Origin: Spirochaetia bacterium
GTDB taxonomy: Bacteria; Spirochaetota; Spirochaetia; UBA9216
NCBI GenBank assembly: GCA_963675665.1
Contig: OY776510.1
Span: forward strand, 2,240,001-2,304,000
Reading direction: 5' to 3'
Length of the DNA stretch: 64,000 bases
The first letter of the stretch is position 1, and the number at the start of each line of letters is the position of its first letter. Of this stretch, positions 47,494 through 57,474 are shown in pieces. The notes below the pieces were generated by a model. That model worked only from the letters and a program-made list of their open reading frames with translations, had not been told where the DNA came from and did not search any database. Position numbers and translations under genes: made by a program.

Positions 47494-49888
47494 AATTGAA
47501 TCCTGTTTCCTTTTCATTGCCCTGAACACGGTTTAATTCATAATAATCGGCGCAATTCCCGGTTGCAGGGAGCGAGATGACCTCGTCCGGAAAAACAAAT
47601 CCGAGGCCTCCGGCTGCAGGTTTTTTCCCGTCGTCCGGTTCGGAGAAATCCAGATCTGATACCACAGGCTGAACGACAATGAATTTCTTTCCGCGTGAAT
47701 CGGAGATCAAACCTTCAATCGAGAGCGTTGCCCTGGTGGCAAGAAGAAAGGGTTTTCCGCGGCGGTATAATTCCGCTTTAACCGGCCAGTTCTTAACTGC
47801 AGCTTCGATTGCATCATAATCAAGTTCAAGCCAGATTTGTATTTTTGAAGCGCCCATTGTTTCCAGTTCGCGGGAGGCAAGGCTGTTGGCGGCGGGCAGC
47901 GGAAAGGAGACGGATAATCTGAAGTCTTCAGGAAAAACCCATTCTGCATCCGGCGCAGTGTTTCTGCCGAGCGCTGTTTCAAGCAGTGTAAACTGGTAAA
48001 TCGAGGTAAGCCTGAAGCGGCGTATACCGCGTACGGCTGCGGTCCTGATCATCTCTGCAAGCGCAGCAAGGCGATTTTCGGGACAGAAAAAAGGCAGGAT
48101 CAGCTCACTGATTCCGTCCGGGGAAGAGACGGAACGTGCCGGCCCGTTAATAAAACTGCTGATGTCGAGTACGTTTATTCGTTCTCCGTTAATGCCTTCG
48201 TTTGCTTTATGTCCGGTGCCGGCAAAGACCGCCGGCAGATTGCTCAAACTCAGGGCTTTATTCTTTTCAGCTGAAAAACGGTAAGCCTCGCGATCAGCGA
48301 TAAAAGTATCTTCCCAGCCGTTGAATGCTGATGAGTTCCGGTTTACCAGGGCTTCAGATACAGCCGGCTGGTTTTCAAGCCATTCCCAGAACTCGCGGCG
48401 TATCTTTTTTAATCTTCCTGCAGGCAGAAACAGTCCGTCTCCGGTTTCCGCTTTTATCGGGTCTGCAGCAAGGAGCGTGTTCCTGGTGACCCCGAAGGCC
48501 TCAGTGAGCGTGTCAGGGGCCAGCGGCCTGTTTGCCGCGGGTTCGATGGGTTCGCTGTCGGACCATTCGAGAATGATCCGACTCCCGGTGTTCCCGGGCA
48601 CTTCAGCGGTAACGCGGAGGCCGCCGGCTGAGGCTTTTATACTGAGGCCGATATCAACGGGAGGATCATACAACGGCAGATCCGACGGTCTTTTAACTGT
48701 TTCAGCGCTGCTTTCGCCTATTTTGTATATGATACTGCGTTCGGATACAGGCTTGTCGCAGTGAATAAACACACGGCTGCCTTTTGATGCAGTCTTTACG
48801 GACTGCCTTTCGCGGCTCATTTTTGTTATTGTTATTGACGGGCCTTCGTCTCCGGACCGCGGCTGGATTCTTATCCGGTCGCCGATGTGAAGCCGCTGAC
48901 TTACCGAAGCTTCAAAGCCGTTTTTGGCGGTTTTTTCAACGTTCCCGGCAAGCCTGCCCGAAACGCCTGCGGAACTGAACTGGATAAGGCTCTCCATGTC
49001 TTCGTAGGTTGAAAAACCGTGAGACCATTTGCGTCCGTATGAGCCTGCAAGAACCGCCCGTGCTTCCCTGATAATTACAGGCTTGTCTTCCGCCGGAGCG
49101 TCTATCATCATGCGGTAAGCCGTTACAACGGATTTAACGTAATCCGGCTTTTTCAGACGGCCTTCAATTTTCAGTGAACGAACTCCTACTTCTGCCAGAA
49201 CGTCAAGCATGTCAAGGCTGTAAAAATCCCGGGTTGAAAAGAAAAACCCGCTTTTTCTGTCGCCGTCTTCTTCTCCGTGGAAGCGTCTGCGACAGGGTTG
49301 TTTACACCGTCCCCTGTTTCCGCTCCAGCCTCCAAGCCATGATGAAAACAGGCAGTGTCCGGATATTGAGCAGCATAATGCTCCGTGAATAAACACTTCA
49401 ATCTCTACCGGAAGTCGGCATATGGATTTCAGCTCGTCAATCGTTACCTGGCGTTCAAGGATTACCCGCTCTATTCCCATTGACGCGGCTGTTTCAACTC
49501 CTGCGCTGTTGTGAATTCCCATCTGGGTGGATGCATGAATTGTCAAAGCAGGGAAATATTCTCTCAGAAAGCGAACCACTCCTATGTCCTGAACTATAAC
49601 GGCGTCGGGTTTCAGCGAGGAGATTTGTTCGACTGTTCTGCCGAAGTCTTCGAGTTCCTGTTCTTTAACAAGGGTGTTCAGTGTAAGGTAAAGCCGTTTG
49701 CCGGTTTTTTTTGTAAACGCTGAAAGCCGGGACATATCGTCCCAGCTGAAGTTTTCGCCCATCTCGCGGGCGTTAAAACGGCTGACTCCGGCATATACAG
49801 CGTCGGCGCCGCTTTGCAGGGCGGCAAGCGCACAGTTAAGGTTTCCGGCCGGAGCAAGCAGTTCTGGTTTGTCGGTTGTATTCTTCAT
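47474..49888 (-). CDS. U32-family Fe-S protein (RlhA/TrhP-like RNA hydroxylase)
   Basis: PELLAPAG, HASTQ, EVFIHGALC.S.SG.C...NRGRCKQPCR, SLKIEGR. Confidence 0.88.
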   Translation of the reverse strand: MKNTTDKPELLAPAGNLNCALAALQSGADAVYAGVSRFNAREMGENFSWDDMSRLSAFTKKTGKRLYLTLNTLVKEQELEDFGRTVEQISSLKPDAVIVQDIGVVRFLREYFPALTIHASTQMGIHNSAGVETAASMGIERVILERQVTIDELKSICRLPVEIEVFIHGALCCSISGHCLFSSWLGGWSGNRGRCKQPCRRRFHGEEDGDRKSGFFFSTRDFYSLDMLDVLAEVGVRSLKIEGRLKKPDYVKSVVTAYRMMIDAPAEDKPVIIREARAVLAGSYGRKWSHGFSTYEDMESLIQFSSAGVSGRLAGNVEKTAKNGFEASVSQRLHIGDRIRIQPRSGDEGPSITITKMSRERQSVKTASKGSRVFIHCDKPVSERSIIYKIGESSAETVKRPSDLPLYDPPVDIGLSIKASAGGLRVTAEVPGNTGSRIILEWSDSEPIEPAANRPLAPDTLTEAFGVTRNTLLAADPIKAETGDGLFLPAGRLKKIRREFWEWLENQPAVSEALVNRNSSAFNGWEDTFIADREAYRFSAEKNKALSLSNLPAVFAGTGHKANEGINGERINVLDISSFINGPARSVSSPDGISELILPFFCPENRLAALAEMIRTAAVRGIRRFRLTSIYQFTLLETALGRNTAPDAEWVFPEDFRLSVSFPLPAANSLASRELETMGASKIQIWLELDYDAIEAAVKNWPVKAELYRRGKPFLLATRATLSIEGLISDSRGKKFIVVQPVVSDLDFSEPDDGKKPAAGGLGFVFPDEVISLPATGNCADYYELNRVQGNEKETGFNYDFALI

Positions 49889-49897
49889 TCATTTTCA

Positions 49898-50899
49898 TCA
49901 TACCCGTCCTTTCGGCAGTATGGCAAGGGTCCTTTTTACAAGGTTCCAGCCGCTGAGGCCGAGCAGAAGAATCAGAACGCCGGTATAGATTTTAACAGCC
50001 ATAGACGCCAGTTCTTCAATCCCCGCAATACTGAAAGAGTCGAGTATAAAGAAAGTCTCCGCCCCTCTTGAAAGCAGAAGGATCAGTATCCCGATATCAA
50101 ACACGGACAGGCCTATCTGGGATATCTGGTAATAGTAGTTCTGTTTACCCGCGGACACGGCATCTGCCCCCGCAATAAACGGCAGTACCACAACAGCGCC
50201 TACGGCTATTCTGACGCTGAACATCGGAAGCAGGCTTTTAATCTGATCGGTCAGTACCGGTGTAAAAGTAAAACCTTCATCATGAAAATTGTAAATTCCA
50301 ACCTTGTCTATAAAAAGGTTGAGAACGATTATTAATATCACCGAGAATATCAGACCTGCGACAATTTCAGCTTTTGAAGGTATCTTTTCATGGGTTTCGG
50401 GCAGATCGGAAATCTTCCAGCTGTCATCGTTAAAATCAAGTTCTGATTTGTTTTTAATGGCGCGTTCAAGAATAACAAAAATTATAAAGATTGTTCCCAC
50501 TGCCCCGGTCAGCGAGCTGAAAAGTTCAAGAAAGTACAAACCGGCTTCCGCCGCCGACATTCCTGAAATTGTCAGCGCAAAATTTATTACCGATACGATT
50601 GTTGTTACAAGGCAGACTACAAGAAGGACAATTTTGAATATCGGCATCAGTTCGGGGCCTATAAGAGGTTTGTCTTCCCTGTATTTTGCCGCCAGTCCGG
50701 AGGGTTTGCCAAGCTCTGTGAGGACGCTTTCCATTCTTTTTGAATCTACATCGGTCTGGCTGTACCGTTCTTCGCATATATCAAGCGCCAGGGATTCAAT
50801 TTCCCTGGAAATATCGGCTCTTTTTGAAAGCGGCAGGTGCCGTTCAACTGCCTTCAGATATCGCTGAAGCAGCTCTTTAGCGGTGTTTTCGATATTCAT
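49898..50899 (-). CDS. HAAS-domain membrane protein (PadR-associated)
   Basis: RYLKAVERHLP...ELGKPSGLAAKY followed by multiple TMs; coupled to padR. Confidence 0.7.
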   Translation of the reverse strand: MNIENTAKELLQRYLKAVERHLPLSKRADISREIESLALDICEERYSQTDVDSKRMESVLTELGKPSGLAAKYREDKPLIGPELMPIFKIVLLVVCLVTTIVSVINFALTISGMSAAEAGLYFLELFSSLTGAVGTIFIIFVILERAIKNKSELDFNDDSWKISDLPETHEKIPSKAEIVAGLIFSVILIIVLNLFIDKVGIYNFHDEGFTFTPVLTDQIKSLLPMFSVRIAVGAVVVLPFIAGADAVSAGKQNYYYQISQIGLSVFDIGILILLLSRGAETFFILDSFSIAGIEELASMAVKIYTGVLILLLGLSGWNLVKRTLAILPKGRV

Positions 50900-51234
50900 T
50901 TAATTACCTCCCTGAGTCTTTCAGACTGGTTTTTCCATTCTTTTGCGAGATTCTCAAGCATCGTTCTGCCGTCTTCGTTAATGGTGTAATATTTTCTGGG
51001 CCTGGTTTCATCCACAACCCATTCGCTGTCGATTAACTGCTGTTCATCCAGTCTTCGAAGCAGCGGGTACAAAGTATCCTGGGAAAGACCGAAACCCAGA
51101 CTGTTCATCTGTTTCAACAGTTCGTATCCGTACTTTTTTTCCGGCAGCATTGCAAGGACGGCAAGAACAAGGTTTCCCCGTCTCATCTCCTGCACAGAAC
51201 GTTTTAAAAGCTTTTTATGTTCTTCACTTGTCAT
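50896..51234 (-). CDS. PadR-family transcriptional regulator
   Basis: RRG.L.L.VL, YGYEL, TLYPLLRRL, PRKYY; start likely ATG 51234. Confidence 0.92.
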   Translation of the reverse strand: MTSEEHKKLLKRSVQEMRRGNLVLAVLAMLPEKKYGYELLKQMNSLGFGLSQDTLYPLLRRLDEQQLIDSEWVVDETRPRKYYTINEDGRTMLENLAKEWKNQSERLREVIK

Positions 51235-51240
51235 ATTTAT

Positions 51241-51270
51241 ACAATACTGTGTAATGCACACTATTGTCAA
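51241..51270 (-). promoter_or_regulatory. padR promoter overlapped by a palindromic operator
   Basis: TTGACA-18-TATTGT on minus strand; ACAATACTGTG-TAATG-CACACTATTGT inverted repeat. Confidence 0.7.
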
Positions 51271-51354
51271 GTAAAAATAGTGTTAAACCGCATTGTTGTT
51301 TATAGATCAGCTAACTTACTGTACTGTTCAAACTTCAGAACATGCTGTAGAATA

Positions 51355-51368
51355 TTAAAACGTTTTAA
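51355..51368. promoter_or_regulatory. LacI-type operator
   Basis: Perfect palindrome TTAAAACGTTTTAA between a TAGAAT -10 and the AGGAGG RBS. Confidence 0.65.
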
Positions 51369-51380
51369 ATAGGAGGAAGT

Positions 51381-51791
51381 ATGTACCAGACGTATAATCT
51401 TTCACATGCCGAAGCGGCAGAGATAATTGATGTAATCAGGAAAAAGGTTGAAGAATACGGAGAGGGGGCTTCTGTTGCTGTTGTAGATTCTCACGGAGAA
51501 CTGCTTGCTTTTCTGCGGACCGATAATTGCCGTGTTTCGGTGATAAATATTGCTATTAATAAGGCATTTTCGGCGGCAAGGGAACGTACCGAGTCGGGAA
51601 ATATAGGGAAAGCGGCCCGTGAGTATAATTTTCCTATCACAAACTTCGGCAGTCTGCATTATACGGGATGGGACGGAGGATTTCCGGTTATTTACAACGG
51701 ACAGGTTATCGGCGGAGTAGGGGTAAGCGGCCTTCCCGATGAAGTTGATGTGGAGTTTGCAAAGGCAGGCGCGGCGTTATTCAGTAATTAA
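51381..51791 (+). CDS. GlcG/HbpS-family (DUF336) heme-binding protein
   Basis: AVVDSHG.L..F.R.D, IAINKAFSA, GGFPV, IGGVGVSG...D. Confidence 0.9.
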   Translation: MYQTYNLSHAEAAEIIDVIRKKVEEYGEGASVAVVDSHGELLAFLRTDNCRVSVINIAINKAFSAARERTESGNIGKAAREYNFPITNFGSLHYTGWDGGFPVIYNGQVIGGVGVSGLPDEVDVEFAKAGAALFSN

Positions 51792-51850
51792 AAGAAAAAT
51801 CTGAAACGTTTTAGATTTTTCTTGACACATTACTTTTCATGGGTTACCAT
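51792..51850 (+). promoter_or_regulatory. 32-bp near-perfect palindrome abutting a sigma70 promoter
   Basis: AAGAAAAATCTGAAAC|GTTTTAGATTTTTCTT (1 mismatch), then TTGACA(51822)-17-TACCAT(51845). Confidence 0.75.
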
Positions 51851-52017
51851 TTCTTTACATTTAATAGCATTTGGTAGCGTTTGAAAGCGCGACGATAAGG
51901 AGGAATGATAAAAAGTCTTCCATGACTTTATATCATTTTGAAGTTTGAAGCGTTGCTGTCAAACTTCATCTCCGTATCCTGCATCCATGCAGGTATTACT
52001 TATAGGAGTTAAGTTAG

Positions 52018-53346
52018 ATGAAAGCAAAACTGGTACCCGTATATTTCCCATCAAAAGATGAACAATTTCAGAAACAGATTGACTATCTGAAAAAAAATCT
52101 CGGTGATTACGCTGAAATACTTGGACCTGTTCCGCTGGGCGCGGACATCCCCGCTGATGTTGATGCAGTGCTGTTTCCTCAGATCCTGGGCGACGCCTAC
52201 ACAATGGCTGATGAAATCCGGAAGATTGATAATGCCGGTCTTCCGATGCTCGTGATTACTTCCGCATACGGAACTTTTTCAATGTGGGACTGGGAGATAA
52301 ACAATTTCCTTCGATCAAAGGGAATGAACTTCCTGATGCCCCACAATCTTGAAACGTCAAAAAAACTTTGCAAAATTCTTACGGTGAAGCGGGAAATGAA
52401 AAATACCAAATTCCGTGTATACCAGGACAATCCCGGAGAGGGTATGCAGCCGTGGATATTCAAATGTTTTTACTGGTGGGGAGATGAATGTACCGGGCAG
52501 ATAAACAGAAAATTCGGCGTGGAAATTGAGAAGAAAAGTTTTAAAAAACTTGCCGAAGATGCAAAAGCCGTATCCGATGCAGATGCGAAAGCGGAATGGA
52601 AAAAATGGGATTTCCCTGTTGAGGGTCTGGGCGACAAGGCAATTAACAATGCCGTCAAGATGTTTCTTGCTCTTGAACGTGATATGGATGATGAAGCAAT
52701 AAAGGGTATGGGCATCAACTGCCTTAACGAGTCCGCCTTTTCCGATACAACGCCGTGTCTTGCATGGAACATGCTTTATGAAAAATACGGTATGATGTGG
52801 GCCTGTGAAGCCGATACCGTTACTTTAACGACAAAGTACCTGCTTCATAAATCGCTTGGTATGCCTATCATGATGACGAATATCTATCCGTTCCTTATGG
52901 ACAAGGCCGCCACGGCCCATGAAAAGATACCCGGACTTCCCGAGTTTGTGCATGACTGGGAAGATCATGTTCTGCTTGCGCACTGCGGTTATTTCGGGCT
53001 TGTCCCGAGGTCATTCTGCTCATCCTGGACATGCAAGCCCCCTGTTCTTGAGATTGTAGACAAAGACGCTCACATGTTCGACGCGCGATTTCCCGAAGGT
53101 CCGCTTACGCTGGCCAAACTTGACGCAACAATGGATAAAATGTTTGTAACGGAAGGCGAGCTTGAGGGTTACATTCAGTATGACGAGACTTCCGACTGCA
53201 GAAACGGTGGAATCCTGAAGGTTAAGGACGGACACCGGTTCCTTGACAAGGTCTATTCGCATCACCTTCTGTTTATGACCGGAAAACAGCAGCGTGATAT
53301 CTCGCTGGTCGGAAAGATTTTCGATATTGATATGGATGTTCTTTAG
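52018..53346 (+). CDS. L-fucose/L-arabinose isomerase-like protein
   Basis: GINCL, WACEAD, LAHCG, TLAKL, CR, C-terminal SHH resemble the FucI/AraA C-terminal family. Confidence 0.6.
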   Translation: MKAKLVPVYFPSKDEQFQKQIDYLKKNLGDYAEILGPVPLGADIPADVDAVLFPQILGDAYTMADEIRKIDNAGLPMLVITSAYGTFSMWDWEINNFLRSKGMNFLMPHNLETSKKLCKILTVKREMKNTKFRVYQDNPGEGMQPWIFKCFYWWGDECTGQINRKFGVEIEKKSFKKLAEDAKAVSDADAKAEWKKWDFPVEGLGDKAINNAVKMFLALERDMDDEAIKGMGINCLNESAFSDTTPCLAWNMLYEKYGMMWACEADTVTLTTKYLLHKSLGMPIMMTNIYPFLMDKAATAHEKIPGLPEFVHDWEDHVLLAHCGYFGLVPRSFCSSWTCKPPVLEIVDKDAHMFDARFPEGPLTLAKLDATMDKMFVTEGELEGYIQYDETSDCRNGGILKVKDGHRFLDKVYSHHLLFMTGKQQRDISLVGKIFDIDMDVL

Positions 53347-53406
53347 AAAGCTCTGTAATAATTTGGGGTACTGCTGATAACCCTGAATTGGGATTATAAA
53401 GATTCA

Positions 53407-53433
53407 AGCCGCTCTGTTTACGGGGCGGCTTTC
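53407..53433 (+). terminator. Intrinsic terminator
   Basis: AAGCCGCTCTG-TTTA-CGGGGCGGCTTT. Confidence 0.75.
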
Positions 53434-53512
53434 TAAATTCAGGAAAAGAAAATTCAGCTACGTAATGCGGGGCTGAACGAAGAGGCGGTTCACGGAGTTT
53501 GATAATATCGCT

Positions 53513-54607
53513 TCAGTGGTACCGGAGCTTAAGATTTTTCACCGTTTGTAGAAAATGCACAGCCCTGTTTTTTCTGTATGTGAATGAATCGATGTGCCTG
53601 GTCGTATAGGCAGGATCGTTTGTATCAACAAAGCTTCTGATGCAGTTTGCAGCAGCCATGGTTGAATCGATAAAGATGAAGTTGTCGTTGTTTGTTCTTC
53701 TGAACGGAAAATTGTCGATTGATTCAATAAAGCTTCCGACTGATTTTGCAATACGGTTTATATCGCCGTACATTCCCCATCCTGATCTTTCCAGCATAAT
53801 TGCGTTAAGCCTCTGTTCGAACTGCATTTTCTGGGGAAAGGCAAGAACAGGTTTCCCAAGGAACAGGGCTTCAGAAAGCATCTGGTGTCCGCTTGAACTG
53901 ATTACGCCTTTGCAGCCGGTCAGCGCTTCTGTGAAATTCTGTTTTTTATCGGGGAAGACCCTGAAGTCCGTATCGGGAAATTCTCTGATCGCCTCAAGGA
54001 CTGATTCACGCGATTCTTCCTTTGTATAAACGAGGTAATAATTGTCCCTGCGTGGTTTCCTGTTTTTTATATCCTTTCTGAGTATCGGACCTATGTCTCC
54101 GCCATAGAAGGAGCAGATAAGATCCTGTGTTCCCCGAGGCATCATAATCCTGGCGGCAAATTTGGCCGCCAGGGCATCGGGTTTTATCGAGAAATATCTG
54201 AGGACCACCCCCGGATGATTAAGGTTCAGCACGGGAAGATTCAGACTTTTTGCCGCCAGGGCCGTATAAGGCTCAAAATCGGAAACAAGGGCAGTAACCC
54301 CGAATTCCGACATAAGCGCGGAAAGCCTCCTGACTTCCGGTTGAATACGGCCTATCTTTGTGAGGTTTTTCAATAGTGTTTTTCTGTAACGGACAACATG
54401 ATTTTCCTTATGAAAATTTATTCCCGGAATTTCGATAATTTCAGTTTCAGGAAGACTTTCAGCAAGAAATCTTCTGATTGATTGGGGTGCAAAGATCATT
54501 ACTTCATAGTGCTCCTGCAATGCTTCAGTTAATGCAATGGTCCTTGCCGCATGTCCGCGGCCTTCTCCGGCAACGCCAAACGATATTAGTTTTTTTGTAT
54601 TGTTCAT
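53513..54607 (-). CDS. Glycosyltransferase, MJ1255/VC2487-like GT-B
   Basis: GEGRGHAAR, VSDFEP, SGHQMLSEA..LGKP...P...QFEQRLNA. Confidence 0.85.
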   Translation of the reverse strand: MNNTKKLISFGVAGEGRGHAARTIALTEALQEHYEVMIFAPQSIRRFLAESLPETEIIEIPGINFHKENHVVRYRKTLLKNLTKIGRIQPEVRRLSALMSEFGVTALVSDFEPYTALAAKSLNLPVLNLNHPGVVLRYFSIKPDALAAKFAARIMMPRGTQDLICSFYGGDIGPILRKDIKNRKPRRDNYYLVYTKEESRESVLEAIREFPDTDFRVFPDKKQNFTEALTGCKGVISSSGHQMLSEALFLGKPVLAFPQKMQFEQRLNAIMLERSGWGMYGDINRIAKSVGSFIESIDNFPFRRTNNDNFIFIDSTMAAANCIRSFVDTNDPAYTTRHIDSFTYRKNRAVHFLQTVKNLKLRYH

Positions 54608-54780
54608 TACAGAAAAACTAAAGCCTGAATATTTCTGCAGAGTTAATGTTAAGTTAGGAATCGGTTATTATTTGCGGGTGAATTGAGTCTTTTTAAAGGT
54701 TTTCTAATGTGTCTGTAATTCAGCTCACATATGCAGTTGATTTACTACCGGCAACAGGAATGAATTGTCGGGAGGGCATG

Positions 54781-56160
54781 ATGAAAAAGAAAATAGCTGT
54801 TTTCGGAACCGGTTATGTTGGGCTTGTTACCGCTGTGGGACTTGCCGAAATCGGGCATGATGTTACAGCAGTAGATATCGATACAAGCAGGGTAAAAGAA
54901 CTGAAAAAGGGATATCTGCCGTTTTATGAACCGGGACTGAAAGGTATGCTGAAAAAAAACCTTACTGTCGGTAAAATCCGGTTTACGACTGAAGGCGACG
55001 AAGCTGTTACAGGTAACAATATAATATTTATTGCCGTGGGTACCCCTTCAAAAGCGGACGGCAGGGTTGATCTTTCACAGGTTGATAAGGTTTTCGATGT
55101 TATAACGGAAAATCTTGATACAGCAAAGACTATAATCATCAAATCCACAATTCCTCCGGGAACTGTTAACAGCTACAGGGAGTTGTATTCAAGCGAGCTT
55201 CAAACAACATCAAGCGAAATTATATTTTGCCCTGAATTTCTGAGGGAGGGTACTGCAGTGCACGATTTCTTTCATCCCGACAGAATAGTCGTAGGCGCTG
55301 ATTCGGTTGAGGCATCAAGGACGGTCAATTCGATATTCTTTCCCATAATATCAAGGCTGGATGTGCCGGTACTGAGATGCAGGCCGGTTTCGGCTGAAAT
55401 GATTAAGTACGGAAGCAATGTTATGCTTGCCTCAAGAATAGCTGTGATGAATGAACTGGCCGAAATGTCCGAAGCGGCAGGCGGCGATATTAGAGAGGTT
55501 TCAGCAGGGGTGGGCATGGATAAAAGAATTGGAAAAGAATTCCTCAAGGCCGGTCCGGGGTTCGGCGGAAGCTGTTTCGGAAAAGATGTTGCCGGTATAG
55601 TCAGGACAGCGGAGTATTACGGTCTTGACCTGAGGTTGATAAGCGGGATTATCAAATCAAACGACAGGCAAAGAGTCAGGCCTGCACTGAGGCTTGAGAA
55701 AGCCCTCGGGTCTCTGAAGGGAAAGAAAATTGCCGTTCTCGGACTTGCTTTCAAGGCGGATACCGACGATGTTCGCGGGTCGGCAGCTTTTGATGTGATA
55801 AATTATCTTGTTGATAAAGGAGCGCAGGTAAAGGCCCATGATCCCCGGGCTGAATACAATTTTATCCGGCTTTTCAGGAAGAAGGGTTATACCTGTACTG
55901 ATAAGGCGGAAGACGCCCTGAAAGGCGCCTGGGCCTGTATTATCCTTACTGAATGGAAAGAATATAACGATTTAGGTCCGGAAATGTTCGGCTGCCTGAT
56001 GCGGGGAAGAATCATAATCGACGCAAGAAACATCCTTGACGGGGATGCTTTCAGATATGAAGGTTTCAGGGTATTCGGCTCAGGCCGCCCCGAAACTGTT
56101 CCTGCAGCAAGGACAATTATAAGAAGTGATTTTGTAAACGCAGCGATTGTATCGGTTTAA
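54781..56160 (+). CDS. ugd: UDP-glucose/GDP-mannose 6-dehydrogenase
   Basis: GTGYVGL, AVGTP, KSTIPPGT, PEFLREG, GFGGSCFGKD, GLAFKADTDD.R. Confidence 0.9.
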   Translation: MKKKIAVFGTGYVGLVTAVGLAEIGHDVTAVDIDTSRVKELKKGYLPFYEPGLKGMLKKNLTVGKIRFTTEGDEAVTGNNIIFIAVGTPSKADGRVDLSQVDKVFDVITENLDTAKTIIIKSTIPPGTVNSYRELYSSELQTTSSEIIFCPEFLREGTAVHDFFHPDRIVVGADSVEASRTVNSIFFPIISRLDVPVLRCRPVSAEMIKYGSNVMLASRIAVMNELAEMSEAAGGDIREVSAGVGMDKRIGKEFLKAGPGFGGSCFGKDVAGIVRTAEYYGLDLRLISGIIKSNDRQRVRPALRLEKALGSLKGKKIAVLGLAFKADTDDVRGSAAFDVINYLVDKGAQVKAHDPRAEYNFIRLFRKKGYTCTDKAEDALKGAWACIILTEWKEYNDLGPEMFGCLMRGRIIIDARNILDGDAFRYEGFRVFGSGRPETVPAARTIIRSDFVNAAIVSV

Positions 56161-56170
56161 TAAGAATGGT

Positions 56171-56205
56171 AGTTACGTAATAGATTTTGATTTATATACG
56201 TAACT
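56171..56205. terminator. Hairpin between convergent genes
   Basis: AGTTACGTA...TACGTAACT inverted repeat. Confidence 0.55.
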
Positions 56206-56220
56206 GTCTTCTTCAGTTTT

Positions 56221-57222
56221 TTACATTTTGCCGTAATTATTTCTATATAAAGGAGATTTTTTCTCGATAAGTTTTGTGATGAGCCTACTGAAAATTCGGA
56301 TTGCCGGTAAAATCGGACGCAGTTTTTTTACAAGGATCTCCTGCCAGTTCCGTATGGAATGCTGCTGGTAATCAAGTAACGACTGCACTTCAGCTGTGTC
56401 GTACCAGTCAAGGTAATAAGAGTCCGGATCCTGTGAATAAAGGGCCGGATTGGGTGTTTTAAGAAAAAGCGGATGAAACATCGCTTCTGCAAAATCCTCA
56501 GTATGCATACGGCAGCCGTTCTGTTCTCCGCCGGCAATAAAACCTTTTTTACCGCAGATTTCCCCGCTGCCCCGGAGGTTCTCACACGCAGCAACCAGTG
56601 CAATTGCTACATCAAGATCAACTACGGCTTCGCAGCGGGCATTAACCGGTATTTCAAACAGGAGTTCCGTCATGTTCAGTACGGCTTTCAGGTTAAGTAC
56701 CGTAGGAAGAACTGCCGCAGGTCTGAGAATGCAGTAGTCAAGCCCTGATGATTGGATAACTTCTTCAGCTTCAGCCTTGCTGACTGAATAGTTGTCGGTA
56801 GGCGACAGTTTGTCATCTGGGCTGACCGGCGGCTTTCGGTTTTGCGTAGACCCCATCACGCTTGCCGAAGAAACAAAGACAATCCCCGTTTTACCGCCCG
56901 ACTGTTTTAGCGCTTTTACAAGGTTTTCAGTACCGCCAAGGTTAACGGCCCTGCACAGTTCAGGCAGTCTGTCGCTTGCGGGAGGCAGAATCGACGCCAT
57001 ATGAATAACGGCATCCTGGTTTGCTGTGGCGGCGGAAATATCGTCATATTTTCTTATGTCGCCGAAAATGACTTTTACGCCTTTTCTTGCATATTTACGG
57101 GCAAGTCTGAAGGTGCGGTCGGTTCTTACTTCAAATACGGAAACACTGTGGCCGCGTTTCAGGCATTCTTCAATTACAACTACTCCTATACTGCCGAATC
57201 CGCCTGTTATCAGGATTTTCAT
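56221..57222 (-). CDS. NAD-dependent epimerase/dehydratase (extended SDR)
   Basis: ITGGFGSIG, HMAS, SSAS, YSVSK; start likely ATG 57222. Confidence 0.9.
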   Translation of the reverse strand: MKILITGGFGSIGVVVIEECLKRGHSVSVFEVRTDRTFRLARKYARKGVKVIFGDIRKYDDISAATANQDAVIHMASILPPASDRLPELCRAVNLGGTENLVKALKQSGGKTGIVFVSSASVMGSTQNRKPPVSPDDKLSPTDNYSVSKAEAEEVIQSSGLDYCILRPAAVLPTVLNLKAVLNMTELLFEIPVNARCEAVVDLDVAIALVAACENLRGSGEICGKKGFIAGGEQNGCRMHTEDFAEAMFHPLFLKTPNPALYSQDPDSYYLDWYDTAEVQSLLDYQQHSIRNWQEILVKKLRPILPAIRIFSRLITKLIEKKSPLYRNNYGKM

Positions 57223-57278
57223 GGTAGGGCCTCTTTTTATCATTATACTTCATTAAAGGCGGTTTTGAGAAATTTTAT

Positions 57279-57326
57279 GGCCGCGAATTACACGAATGTG
57301 TATCGGGTAAGGGCAGGAAGAGATTG
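57279..57326 (+). repeat. Degenerate repeat copy 1 (upstream of WYL gene)
   Basis: GGCCGCGAATTACACGAAT-GTGTATCGGGTAAGGG...GAGATTG, related to copies at 58566 and 59164. Confidence 0.65.
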
Positions 57327-57474
57327 GAAGAGGGGGTATCGATACCATATTCTGGTTTTTAATAAGTATGAGTAAAAGTGTAATTTGTAATTTTTATGGA
57401 TCGGGCATATAATGATTTTTAGGCCCAATAATAAAATTATAGTTTCTGTATTTTTAAAAATGGTTTGGTTTGGA

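Noticed and set aside
51897-51925. uORF MIKSLP after AAGGAGG in the isomerase-like gene leader
   Set aside because: SD-to-ATG spacing is about 1 nt, too short for efficient initiation, and there is no attenuator logic
742-57375. Numerous antisense or nested ORFs of 60-205 aa in the ORF track
   Set aside because: They overlap well-supported genes, lack motifs and RBS, and are expected shadow ORFs
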